A stretch of DNA of 32,000 nt from Gemmata obscuriglobus (GTDB lineage: Bacteria; Planctomycetota; Planctomycetia; Gemmatales; Gemmataceae): positions 3,990,001 to 4,022,000 of the forward strand of contig NZ_CP042911.1 in assembly GCF_008065095.1 (NCBI RefSeq), written 5' to 3'. Below, one piece after another: positions 16,171 to 24,948 of this stretch (positions are counted from its first letter, which is position 1; each line of letters opens with the position of its first letter). A program made the translations under genes and the position numbers. The notes under the pieces are model-generated. The model was not told the DNA's origin. It saw only the letters and a program-made list of their open reading frames with translations, and searched no databases.

Positions 16171-17289
16171 CTACTTCATAGTGCGTGAGCCCTGGCCAAG
16201 CACCTCACGCGCCCGGGCACGACCGCTTTCGGTAAGTTTCAGTCCCCCGTCGGCACACACCACAAAGCCGTTCCGCGCCGCCCGCGCCACCACCACTGCC
16301 GTCTGCTGTGGGCTCCAGTGCAAGTGCGTGTGCAGACTCGCCGCGCGGGACTCCTCAATTTCCTCTGGCGTACCCTCATGCTGGGCAAGGTGAACCGCCA
16401 GCATCAGTTCGTGAAACGCTCGCTTCTGTCGAACCCGCTCCACCGCTTGCGCGACCAGCCCGCGCCGGGGCGCAACCAGAAAAACAATCGCGAAAAGGCC
16501 CCCCAGCGCCACAGCGACCGCTCCGGCCGTGGTTGTGTTGAGCGTGTCGGCCGCGGCCGTACCAACGAAGGCCGCGACCACCCCGAACAGCGCCGCGAGC
16601 GCTAACATCACCGCGAGTCGGTCTGTCAGTAGAAACGCAGCGGCGGCCGGCACAACGAAGAAGCCCACCACCAACACCGGGCCGACCGCGTCGAACGCGG
16701 CTACCGCCGTGACCGACACCACAACCATCAAGGAGTAGTGAATCACCACCGGCCGAAACCCGATTGACGCCGCGAGACCGGGGTCGAAGGTGGTGAGTTT
16801 CAGTTCCTTGAAGAACAGTGTTGCGAGCAGAACATTCAGTGCGAGCACTGCTCCCAGAATCCACACGGGCGAGATCGCAAAGTCGAACGCATTCCAGCGC
16901 GGGTCGCGGGCCGCTTCCGGTTGGCCGAGCAGCACCTGATCGACATCAAGGTGAACGTTCTTGACACTCACGCTCACCATCAGCACGCCCGCGGCGAACA
17001 GCGCCGCGAACACCAACCCGAGGGCCGCATCGGCCTTCACGCGCCCGCTCTTCTCAAGTGCCTCCACCAGCACGACCGCGAGTACCCCGGCGGCGGCTGC
17101 GCCGAACAGCAGCCACGGGGAGCCCAGGTCGCGGACCGTGAAATACGCGAGCACGATGCCGAACAGCAGGACGTGGCCGATGGCGTCACTGGTCATGGCA
17201 CTGCGGCGCAGCACCAGGAACGCGCCCGGCAGTGCGCACGCCGCCGCGACCACGGCCAGCACCAGACTCAGCTCGACGACGGGGCTCAT
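16171..17289 (-). CDS. ABC-3 family metal (Mn/Zn/Fe-type) ABC transporter permease with a ~90-aa C-terminal cytoplasmic extension
   Basis: ATG at 17289 (the track starts at a TTG at 17301). The permease core includes SDAIGHVLLFGIVLAY, FKELKLTTFDPGLAASIGF and LLTDRL. The tail RQKRAFHELMLAVHLAQHEG...WSPQQTAVVVARAARNGFVVCADGGLKLTESGRARAREVLG looks like a winged-helix or DtxR-type N-terminal domain. Confidence 0.8.
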   Translation of the reverse strand: MSPVVELSLVLAVVAAACALPGAFLVLRRSAMTSDAIGHVLLFGIVLAYFTVRDLGSPWLLFGAAAAGVLAVVLVEALEKSGRVKADAALGLVFAALFAAGVLMVSVSVKNVHLDVDQVLLGQPEAARDPRWNAFDFAISPVWILGAVLALNVLLATLFFKELKLTTFDPGLAASIGFRPVVIHYSLMVVVSVTAVAAFDAVGPVLVVGFFVVPAAAAFLLTDRLAVMLALAALFGVVAAFVGTAAADTLNTTTAGAVAVALGGLFAIVFLVAPRRGLVAQAVERVRQKRAFHELMLAVHLAQHEGTPEEIEESRAASLHTHLHWSPQQTAVVVARAARNGFVVCADGGLKLTESGRARAREVLGQGSRTMK

Positions 17290-17325
17290 TGCAACCGCCA
17301 AGAAAAACGGCTGTTGGGCCGAACG

Positions 17326-18243
17326 CTAAACGGCGCCGGAAGCGGGTGCGTCGGGGCGGACGAACGTCCAGACCCAACCGCGGCCCGTTCCGAACATCAG
17401 CGACACAACAACGAGGGCCGTGGCGCACAGAACGATTGTCGGCCCCGTGGGCACCGAGCCCGCTTTCGGAAACTGGTAACTGAGAAGGTGACTGGCGACC
17501 GTTCCCCCCGCACCGGCCAACGCACCGAAGAGGCCCGCGAGCACCACCACCCGACCCAGGTTGTCGCTCCACTGCCGAGCGGCCACACACGGCGCGATCA
17601 GCAGCGCGGTCATGAGTACGACGCCGACCGCCTTCAGACCGATCACCACCGCGATCACCGTGAGTGTGGTGAGCAGCAGTTCCACCGTCCGGACCGGCAC
17701 ACCGAGACCGGTCGCGAACGCGGGGTCGAAGCTGACCACTTTGAACTGTTTCCAGAACAGGGCCAGGAGCGCCAGAGCCCCCAGCCCGAACCCTCCAATG
17801 AGCCACAAGTCCGGCACGCCCACCAGCGCCGCCTGACCGAACAGGTAGCGCTCCAGCGGCGTGAGCGCCGCGCCGCGCACGTTCCGCTGGATGTAGGTGA
17901 ACAGCACCAGCCCGAGCCCGAAGAACACCGCGAGCACGCCCGCCAGGGCCGAGTCGAACGGCACCCGCGAGCGCTTCGTGATCTGCGCGACGATCAGCAT
18001 CGCGAGCCACCCCGCCGCGGCCCCGCCCGCGACGAGCGCGAGCGGCGCCCGCCCGCCGAGCAGGAACGCCGCCGCGACCCCGGGGAGAGCCGCGTGCGCC
18101 ACCGCGTCGCCCTGAAGGCTCTGCCGGCGCAACACCGCGAACGACCCCACGGCGCCGGCAGTCAAGCCGAGCGCCGCGGTGCCGGCGGCCGGCACCCACA
18201 GCGCCGAGGTGTTCAGTTGGTCGAGAAGTTGGGCCGTGGTCAT
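17326..18243 (-). CDS. ABC-3 family metal ABC transporter permease
   Basis: I place the start at the ATG at 18243 (MTTAQLLDQL...). Motifs include LQGDAVAHAALPGVAAAFLL, FWKQFKVVSFDPAFATGLGVPV and LLIAPCVAARQWSD. The start overlaps the upstream CDF stop as ATGA (18240-18243). Confidence 0.8.
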   Translation of the reverse strand: MTTAQLLDQLNTSALWVPAAGTAALGLTAGAVGSFAVLRRQSLQGDAVAHAALPGVAAAFLLGGRAPLALVAGGAAAGWLAMLIVAQITKRSRVPFDSALAGVLAVFFGLGLVLFTYIQRNVRGAALTPLERYLFGQAALVGVPDLWLIGGFGLGALALLALFWKQFKVVSFDPAFATGLGVPVRTVELLLTTLTVIAVVIGLKAVGVVLMTALLIAPCVAARQWSDNLGRVVVLAGLFGALAGAGGTVASHLLSYQFPKAGSVPTGPTIVLCATALVVVSLMFGTGRGWVWTFVRPDAPASGAV

Positions 18244-19178
18244 GGGTCCTGTGCCGGCGGGGCCGGCTCCTCGCCCAGGCGTTGTAGGTACTCTGGCTCC
18301 CACGACGCCTGCTCGTCCACCGGTTCAACGTGGATCGTGATCGCGAGTTCCGCGATCGCGCCCACCAGCGCCGCTTCGAGTTCGGTCGCGAGGTGGTGCC
18401 CCTCGCGCACCGACAGGTCGCCGTTGACGAGCAGGTGGAACTCGATGAACCGCCGCGCGCCAGACAGCCGCGTGCGCAGGAGGTGAAACGTCGCCCCTTC
18501 GGGCAGGTTGGCGCGGATCAGTTCGCGCACCCGAGCCCGCTCGTCCTCCGGGATCGCGTGGTCCATGAGCCCGTCGAACGATCGGCGGATCAGCCCCAAG
18601 CCGATCCAGGTGATGTGCCCGCCCATCACAATCGCGAGTGCCGAGTCGAAGAACGTGAACCCCGTGAGGTACACCAGCGCGAGGCCGACCAGCACGCCGG
18701 CGGACGTCCACACGTCGGCCATCAGGTGCTGCCCATCAGCCTCCATTACGATCGACTTGTGAAGGCGGCCGTAGTGGAGGAGCACCCGGGCGACAGCGAA
18801 GTTCACAACGGAGGCCGCGAGCGCCAACGTGCTTCCCAGTGCCAGTGCGTTGAGCGGTTCTGGGAAAATAAGCCGCTGAACGCCGTACACCGCTGCCCCT
18901 ACCCCCGCAAGGACGATGAGCACGCCTTCGAGCCCGCTGGAAAAGAACTCGATCTTCTCGTGCCCGTAGGTGTGGGACGGGTCGGCGGGGCGAGAAGCGT
19001 ACCACAGAGCAAAGTACGCCGTGACCGCGGCCAGCAGGTTTACGACCGACTCGAGGGCGTCGGTGAGCAACCCGACAGACCCGGTCAGCGCATAGGCGGA
19101 CCCCTTCATGCCGATGGTGACGGCGGCCGCGACGATCGAAAGGGCTACCGGCCAGCGGAGCCGCGCAAGAGGTTCCAT
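18240..19178 (-). CDS. cation diffusion facilitator (CDF) family transporter
   Basis: 312 aa. GSVGLLTDALESVVNLL, HTYGHEKIEFF and HLMADVWTSAGVLVGL are CDF TM2/TM5 metal-site motifs, followed by a C-terminal cytoplasmic domain (ATFHLLRTRLSGARRFIEFHLLV). ATG preceded by GGGAG. Confidence 0.85.
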   Translation of the reverse strand: MEPLARLRWPVALSIVAAAVTIGMKGSAYALTGSVGLLTDALESVVNLLAAVTAYFALWYASRPADPSHTYGHEKIEFFSSGLEGVLIVLAGVGAAVYGVQRLIFPEPLNALALGSTLALAASVVNFAVARVLLHYGRLHKSIVMEADGQHLMADVWTSAGVLVGLALVYLTGFTFFDSALAIVMGGHITWIGLGLIRRSFDGLMDHAIPEDERARVRELIRANLPEGATFHLLRTRLSGARRFIEFHLLVNGDLSVREGHHLATELEAALVGAIAELAITIHVEPVDEQASWEPEYLQRLGEEPAPPAQDP

Positions 19179-19718
19179 CAGCTCCCTGTCTCAGGGCGGA
19201 AAATCCAAATTTGTAAGTCATTAGGCCGGAAGGGCCGTCGACAGTTTACCACTCCAACTCCCCGCAATGTGACTCCAAGAAGTTCGCGCCACATCTCGGC
19301 AGCGGGGGGGGCGTCACGCACTCGCCCCTACAGTAAAACCGCGGGCCAATCAAACGGGACGCAAGCGGGGGCTCAACAAGACAGTACGGCTCAATAATCA
19401 GATGGCACCGCCAGCACCCGCGGCCGGTCAGCAGAACCGCGGCTGGAGTTTCGGCTTGCGATTCGTGGGCAGCACCACCCATGCGAACCGTCAGCGAAGT
19501 GCCAGTTGGGCGGCAGCTATCGAACCACTCAAGGGGTAGCGAACATACCAGCGGGAGCCGGGTCGCGCCAACCAGCTCCCACCTTTTCCTAAACTATCGC
19601 GCAAGTGGAACAGTGCCGACCCGTCCGGCCGGAACCGCTGGGCACCGCAACCGCCTCAAGTCGAGGGCGAACGCACCCGCGTTGTGTGGCCTTCGGAGTT
19701 GAGCTGTCCGATCGGGGG

Positions 19719-20492
19719 TCACTTGTTCCGCCCCGTCAGCTCACCAATGCGCTTCTCGGCCTGCTTGATGTGATCGGGGTTTGTGTCGTGCTCCACAACC
19801 GCGCGGTACAGGTCCACGGCCTTCGTCCGCTCGTTCAGTTGCCGGTCGTAGAGCAGTGCCGCACGCAGCCGGGCATCGGTGCGCGATCCCCGCACCCACT
19901 GGAACGAGCGCTCGAAGTATTTGGCGGAGCGGTCGTACTGCTTGTAAGCGCGGCTCTCGTAAATGTCCCCAAGCTGATACGCCACGTCCCCGATCTTGTC
20001 CGAGTTCGGGTACTTGTCGAGTACCTCGCGGAGTAACAGCTCTGCGCGGCGCATGTTGAGCACGTACTCATCGCCGATACCCCGCCCCTTGTACTCCATC
20101 GCGGTCTTGTAAAGCTCGTTCGCCTCACGCACGTTGACACGGGCTTCCAGGGTCGCGGGCGGGACGTCCTTGACCTCGAGGTTGTACGACGGCTTCCACA
20201 TCAAGTGGTAGGACATCAGCTCGCGCTCGGCCCACATGAGCCGCTGCTTGTCGCCAACCTTGGTGTAGTGCTCGTGCAGCGCTTTTAGGCTGTTCTCGTA
20301 CTCTTTGCGGGCGGAAATGTGGCGTTCGACCAGTTGCGCGTCGCTGCCCGCGGCCGCCGACGGGCCGTCGCCGGGCGGCAGCGGGGCGCTCGCTTTCCCG
20401 GGTTCGGTGAGCGGCTTGCTCGGCTGGTCCGCGGCGGCCCACCCGACCGCCGCCACGCCTGCACCAACTAGGGCCAGCAGGGTCGCGCGCAT
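19719..20492 (-). CDS. secreted TPR-like / YbgF-like repeat protein (hypothetical)
   Basis: 257 aa. Signal-like N-terminus MRATLLALVGAGVAAVGWAAA, then helical repeats (ANELYKTAMEY, AELLLREVLDKYPNSDKIGDVAYQLGDIY, ARLRAALLYDRQLN..AVDLYRAVV). Confidence 0.6.
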   Translation of the reverse strand: MRATLLALVGAGVAAVGWAAADQPSKPLTEPGKASAPLPPGDGPSAAAGSDAQLVERHISARKEYENSLKALHEHYTKVGDKQRLMWAERELMSYHLMWKPSYNLEVKDVPPATLEARVNVREANELYKTAMEYKGRGIGDEYVLNMRRAELLLREVLDKYPNSDKIGDVAYQLGDIYESRAYKQYDRSAKYFERSFQWVRGSRTDARLRAALLYDRQLNERTKAVDLYRAVVEHDTNPDHIKQAEKRIGELTGRNK

Positions 20493-20564
20493 GTTTCCCC
20501 CATCGTGTCGGCTTTAAGCGGAGCGAGGAGCAAGGGACGCGCTTCACTCCTCACACTCGGCCAC

Positions 20565-21725
20565 TCATTTCTGCTCGCCCTTCGGTGGTTCTTGCGGCGC
20601 GGGGCCGATGCGGGAGTCGCCCGGGTTCGACGCGCCCGGGTTCGACCCGCTCGGAGTCGCGGCGCCACCCGGGTACGGTGTGTGCGACCCGCTCAACCGC
20701 TGATCCGGGCGACCGAAGATCATCCGCCCCGCCGCGGTGTTCAGCACGCTGGTCACCACGATCGCGATCTCTTGGCCGATCAGCGCCCGTCCCTGCTCGA
20801 TCACCACCATCGTGCCGTCGTCGAGATACCCGACTCCCTGGCCGATTTGGTCCCCGGCCTTCACCACCCGCACCTGCATGTACTCGCCCGGGATGGCGAC
20901 CGTCTTTAGAGCGTTGGCGATCTCGTTCAGGTTGATGACATCCACGCCCTGGAGCTGCGCCACCTTGTTAAGGTTGAAGTCGTTGGTGACGACGCGGGCG
21001 TTGAGCGACTTCGCCAGAATCACCAAGCGTTCGTCCACTTTGATCCGCTCGCCGGTGCGCAGCTCCGGCACGTTGCCGTCGTGCATCTGCAGGTCGACCT
21101 TCTGGTTGCCCTGCAGTCGCTTCAACACGTCCAAGCCGCGCCGCCCACGGTTACGCTTCATCTTGTCGGAACTGTCGGCAATGGCCTGCAGCTCCTGCAG
21201 CACGAACCGCGGCACGATGAGCCGGGTGTCGATCAGTCGAGTATCGCACACGTCGGCGATGCGCCCATCAATGATTACGCTAGTGTCCAGCACCAGCGGC
21301 CGCCCACCCTTCACCTGTTTGGAAAATTCGACATAAGGGATAATGAACCGAAACTCGTCCTTGGTCTGCAAAAACGTTGAAATCGTCACATAGCAACACA
21401 CCACTGTGAGCAGCACGCGGCCGAGGAGGATCAGCGGCGACGCCTCGCCGAACGTGGACGCGAGCACCGGGACCAGTGCGATGGAGAACAGGTATCCGAG
21501 CAGCAGCCCGAGGAGCAGTCCGAAATACACCGCGGAAATGGTGGTAATCTGCTTCTGCCGTTCCCGCACGTCGGTGAGCAGTACGACGCCACTGACCGTG
21601 AGCACCGCGAGCGGCGCGACGATCGCGCCGGGAATGTTCTTTTCCTCAACGAGAAAAGCCGACGAGAGGGCCGCCATCCCCACAACGAGGACGGCATACG
21701 CGATGCGAAGCAGCAGGAGCAACAT
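20565..21725 (-). CDS. membrane-anchored PIN/TRAM domain protein (YacL-like)
   Basis: I place the start at the ATG at 21725 (MLLLLLRIAYAVLVVG...). It has about four N-terminal TM helices, a PIN domain (PLVLDTSVIIDGRIADV...VPRFVLQELQAIADS...VVTNDFNLNKVA) and a TRAM-like domain (GEYMQVRVVKAGDQIGQGVGYLDDGTMVVIEQG). The 170-codon upstream extension in the track was rejected. Confidence 0.8.
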   Translation of the reverse strand: MLLLLLRIAYAVLVVGMAALSSAFLVEEKNIPGAIVAPLAVLTVSGVVLLTDVRERQKQITTISAVYFGLLLGLLLGYLFSIALVPVLASTFGEASPLILLGRVLLTVVCCYVTISTFLQTKDEFRFIIPYVEFSKQVKGGRPLVLDTSVIIDGRIADVCDTRLIDTRLIVPRFVLQELQAIADSSDKMKRNRGRRGLDVLKRLQGNQKVDLQMHDGNVPELRTGERIKVDERLVILAKSLNARVVTNDFNLNKVAQLQGVDVINLNEIANALKTVAIPGEYMQVRVVKAGDQIGQGVGYLDDGTMVVIEQGRALIGQEIAIVVTSVLNTAAGRMIFGRPDQRLSGSHTPYPGGAATPSGSNPGASNPGDSRIGPAPQEPPKGEQK

Positions 21726-21847
21726 GTGTAACCAGAGGACAGAGTACGATGGGGCTGAGGGCGACCGCTCGGAACCGATGAACAGAAATGTGACCCGAAC
21801 GCACTTTCTGTCTCTTGCACCCGAGCTTCCGCTCTCCGCTCCTAATT

Positions 21848-23086
21848 TTACAGTTCGATGGAAGGCAAAAACAGGCGCCGGTATTCGAGTTGGGCGAACC
21901 GATCGGTCATGCCGGCGAGGTAATCGCCGACCACGCGCTCCAGGCAGTCCAGCCGCGTGCGGGCAGTCGTGACCCATCCGTGCGGGGGCGGGCCGATCAG
22001 CGCCTCGGCCCCGGTCCAGCGTCGCAGGTGCTTCTCCGGCAGCAGTGCCGGCGCCCGCACGTACTCCGCGAACAGCGATTCCAGAATCCGCTTCCCGTTG
22101 GCGGTCATCCGCAGCACCCGGTGGTGCTTGTAGACGCGGTTCCGCAAGAACCGCTCCAACCCCGCCTTGAGCCGGCGCACTTCCGGGGTAAACCCGACAA
22201 GCGGCTCCCGCGCGGCGCGAACGTCGTCCACGCACTTTACGTCAGCGGCCGCCAGCCGGTTCGCCGTCTCTTCGAGCAGATCCGCGACCTGCCACGCCAG
22301 CAACTCCCGCACCACCGCGATGCGAAGCGGGGCGTCGGAGAGGCCGGGCGTGTGCGAGTGGACCCGCTCGGTCGCCCGCGCCCAGAACTCGATCCGGCGC
22401 AGCTCGTCGAGCGTGATGAAGCCGAGCCCGAGCGCGTCGTCGGTGTCGTGTGTGTCGTAGGCTATGGAATCAACCACGTCCGCGATCTGCGCTTCGAGGA
22501 GCGGTCGCCCCACGTCCCGGAACTCGGCGCACTCCGGCGCGTCGAGACGCCCGCAGTGCTGGACGAACGCCTCGCGCACTTCGAACGACAGATTCAGCCC
22601 CGGGAACTGCGGGTACCGCTCTTCCAGCTCATCAACTCGGCGCAACCCGAACAGGTTGTGATCGAAGCCGCCATACGACTTGAGGCACTCGTCGAGTGCG
22701 TCCTCGCCCGCGTGCCCGAACGGGGGGTGGCCGATGTCGTGGGCGAGCGCGATCACTTCCGCGAGGTCTTCGTTCAGCCGAAGGCGCCGCGCGACGGTCC
22801 GGGCGAGTTGGGTCACCTCCAGCGTGTGGGTGAGCCGGGTGCGGTGGTGGTCGTTGACGCTCGCGACGAGTACCTGCGTCTTGCCGGTCATCCGGCGGAA
22901 CGCGGTACAGTGGACAATACGCTCCCGGTCCCGCTGGTAGAGCGAGCGGAACGGGTGATCGTCCTCAGGGTGCCGACGGCCCCGGCTGGCCCGCGAGGGC
23001 ATCGCGTAGGGAGCGAGCCATTCGTCCTCGAACGTGAGCCAGTCGTCGGTGGTGATCGGAGAAGACATTACCGCAGAATACCACAT
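21848..23086 (-). CDS. dGTPase-like HD-domain triphosphohydrolase (Dgt family)
   Basis: Contains FRSLYQRDRERIVHCTAFRRMTGKTQV, HHRTRLTHTLEVTQLAR, LAHDIGHPPFGHAGE and DVVDSIAYDTHDTDD, which are classic Dgt-family motifs. The start could instead be the ATG at 23068. Confidence 0.8.
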   Translation of the reverse strand: MWYSAVMSSPITTDDWLTFEDEWLAPYAMPSRASRGRRHPEDDHPFRSLYQRDRERIVHCTAFRRMTGKTQVLVASVNDHHRTRLTHTLEVTQLARTVARRLRLNEDLAEVIALAHDIGHPPFGHAGEDALDECLKSYGGFDHNLFGLRRVDELEERYPQFPGLNLSFEVREAFVQHCGRLDAPECAEFRDVGRPLLEAQIADVVDSIAYDTHDTDDALGLGFITLDELRRIEFWARATERVHSHTPGLSDAPLRIAVVRELLAWQVADLLEETANRLAAADVKCVDDVRAAREPLVGFTPEVRRLKAGLERFLRNRVYKHHRVLRMTANGKRILESLFAEYVRAPALLPEKHLRRWTGAEALIGPPPHGWVTTARTRLDCLERVVGDYLAGMTDRFAQLEYRRLFLPSIEL

Positions 23087-23122
23087 GCCCCGTGTGTGGG
23101 CTATCCGCAGCGGGCACTCACA

Positions 23123-23623
23123 TCAGTCGTCGTCACCGTCGCCGCCGTTGAATTCGTCCCATTCGGCCGGACGGTGCGTCTCGGGCGCGCGGGTGAGGAA
23201 TGGTTCCGCATCGTCCGGTCCGACCTCGATAATGCAAAGGCCGAAATCGTCGTAAGGCGCCCCGCCCTCTCCGAAGAATACAACGCGGTGTGTGAGCGTC
23301 CCGATGTCCGGCCCACCGGACCACCCGTCGGCAAGTCGGGGCCAAACCTCAAGCCCCTGTTGTCCGATGGCGCCCGCGATACCGTTCAGGGCCTCAGCCG
23401 GCGTCGCGCCAAACGACTCGTAGAACTCGATCCATCGCACCAACGCGCCTGCGAGCGACCGGGCGGCGCCCGCGAACCGCCACTCCCCGATACGCGGCTC
23501 CACGGCAAGCATGACAAACGCCAAGAACGTCCCGGGCACGTCCGGAGCCGGATCCGCGAGCAACGCGAGCGCGTCGGCCCGCGAAAGAGGCACCGGCTTC
23601 GGATAGGCAGCCGGGTCGTTCAT
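23123..23623 (-). CDS. hypothetical small acidic protein (166 aa)
   Basis: I place the start at the ATG at 23623 (MNDPAAYPKPVPL...). This overlaps the stop of the upstream oxidoreductase gene as ATGA (23620-23623). The C-terminus is EWDEFNGGDGDDD. I do not recognise a family. Confidence 0.5.
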   Translation of the reverse strand: MNDPAAYPKPVPLSRADALALLADPAPDVPGTFLAFVMLAVEPRIGEWRFAGAARSLAGALVRWIEFYESFGATPAEALNGIAGAIGQQGLEVWPRLADGWSGGPDIGTLTHRVVFFGEGGAPYDDFGLCIIEVGPDDAEPFLTRAPETHRPAEWDEFNGGDGDDD

Positions 23624-24717
23624 TGCGCAACCTCGGCCGAAGGAGACAGCGTGACTGCCCGGCGCTCGCGGCTCGACTGGTAAATCGCGCTGAACAGTTC
23701 CACCACGGCCCGCCCGGCTTCGCCGGTCACGAGCGGCGGTCGCCCCTCGCGCACCGCCAGAACGAAGTCGCGAATCTGCAGCGCGTGGTAATGAACCGTT
23801 GCGTTCACACTCGCAAACCGTTCGCGGTCCTCCGCCTGAAACGCCGTCAGCAAGCCTTCCTCGCCCGGCACGGTCCACAGATCAGTCAGCGGCGGCTCGG
23901 CGATCGTCGACACACCGGCAATGAACGTCGCCCCGCGATCCGTCTCCACCCCCACCGACGCGCCACTTGTGCCGTGAATGTGAACCTTCGTGTAAATACC
24001 CGGCTTCTGCGACAAACTGGTGATGATCGTACCCACCCCGCCGTTCCGAAACCGGATCGACGCGACCGCGGTATCGTCCACCTCTACGGTCGGGTGGTTC
24101 AGGTTCGCCCAGTACCCCGTCACCTCCGCCGCCGGCCCCATCAGCCACAAAAGGATGTCGAGTTGGTGCGGCGACTGGTTGACGAGAACGCCACCGCCTT
24201 CCGTGTCCCATTTGCCGCGCCACGGGTCAGAGCGGTAGTACGCCGCGTCGCGCCAACTGTATTGGACGAACACGCCCAGCGCCGGTGCGCCGATCTTACC
24301 CGCGTCGATCGCGCGCTTCATGCGCTGAACGGGTTCGTAGAACCGCCGCTGGCTGATGGCGCCAAGTGTCACGCCTCTCTTACGCGCCGCGGCCAGCATC
24401 GCGTCGCAGTCGGCGAGGCTCGCGGCGAGCGGTTTCTCGACCAATACGTGCGCGCCGGCTTCCGCGGCACGAATCGCGGCCTCTGCGTGCAGCGGGTGCG
24501 GCGTCCCGATGATGACCGCGTCCGGGCGAACGTCGCGGAGCATTGCGCCGAGGTCGGAAAACGGCCGAGCGCCGTACTTCTCGGCGAACGCCCCGGCGCG
24601 GTCCGGGCTCACATCGCAGGCGGCGATGAACTCCGCTTCGGGAATCGTTTTGAGGGCTGCCGCGTGGATGCCCGCAACTTTTCCGCAACCGATCAGGGCG
24701 ACTCGAAGAGGGTTCAT
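23620..24717 (-). CDS. Gfo/Idh/MocA family NAD(P)-dependent oxidoreductase
   Basis: MNPLRVALIGCGKVAGIHAAAL is a Rossmann GxGxxG N-terminus, and HVLVEKPLA is the family EKP motif. 365 aa. Confidence 0.85.
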   Translation of the reverse strand: MNPLRVALIGCGKVAGIHAAALKTIPEAEFIAACDVSPDRAGAFAEKYGARPFSDLGAMLRDVRPDAVIIGTPHPLHAEAAIRAAEAGAHVLVEKPLAASLADCDAMLAAARKRGVTLGAISQRRFYEPVQRMKRAIDAGKIGAPALGVFVQYSWRDAAYYRSDPWRGKWDTEGGGVLVNQSPHQLDILLWLMGPAAEVTGYWANLNHPTVEVDDTAVASIRFRNGGVGTIITSLSQKPGIYTKVHIHGTSGASVGVETDRGATFIAGVSTIAEPPLTDLWTVPGEEGLLTAFQAEDRERFASVNATVHYHALQIRDFVLAVREGRPPLVTGEAGRAVVELFSAIYQSSRERRAVTLSPSAEVAQ

Positions 24718-24746
24718 GCTCGAAATATCTCAAAACAGAAGGCAAA

Positions 24747-24937
24747 ATGACCACAAAAAAGCACAAAGGGCACAAAAGCAAACCAAGACCCAGAAGCCAC
24801 AGATGCACACAGACGACACGAATAAACACAAGAAAGCAGATCTAGTTGTTCTTGGTTCTGATCGGCATTCTTTGTGTTGATCCGTGGCTTCTGGGTCTTG
24901 GTTTGCTTTTGTGTCCTTTGTGCTTTTTTGTGGCCAT
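24747..24937. repeat. long low-GC inverted repeat (two 58-nt arms, 55/58 complementary, 75-nt spacer); REP/MITE-like hairpin element
   Basis: Arm 24747-24804 is ATGACCACAAAAAAGCACAAAGGGCACAAAAGCAAACCAAGACCCAGAAGCCACAGAT. The reverse complement of 24880-24937 is the same sequence with 3 mismatches. Weaker complementarity continues inward and outward, so nearly the whole 231-bp spacer (24718-24948) is one hairpin. Confidence 0.85.
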
Positions 24938-24948
24938 TCTTCTTAGAT

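Noticed and set aside
19179-19480. Possible metal riboswitch (NiCo/czcD or yybP-ykoY type) in the CDF leader
   Set aside because: Reading the minus strand, I could not find the conserved cores I remember for these classes. Without a covariance-model search the claim is unsupported.
19246-19482. 78-codon Cys-rich ORF with a CWRCH (CxxCH) motif upstream of the CDF gene
   Set aside because: It has no signal peptide for a c-type cytochrome and no recognisable family. Its third-position GC is only ~67%, against ~80% or more in neighbouring genes. It is most likely a chance ORF in a GC-rich leader and is kept only as a note within the leader finding.
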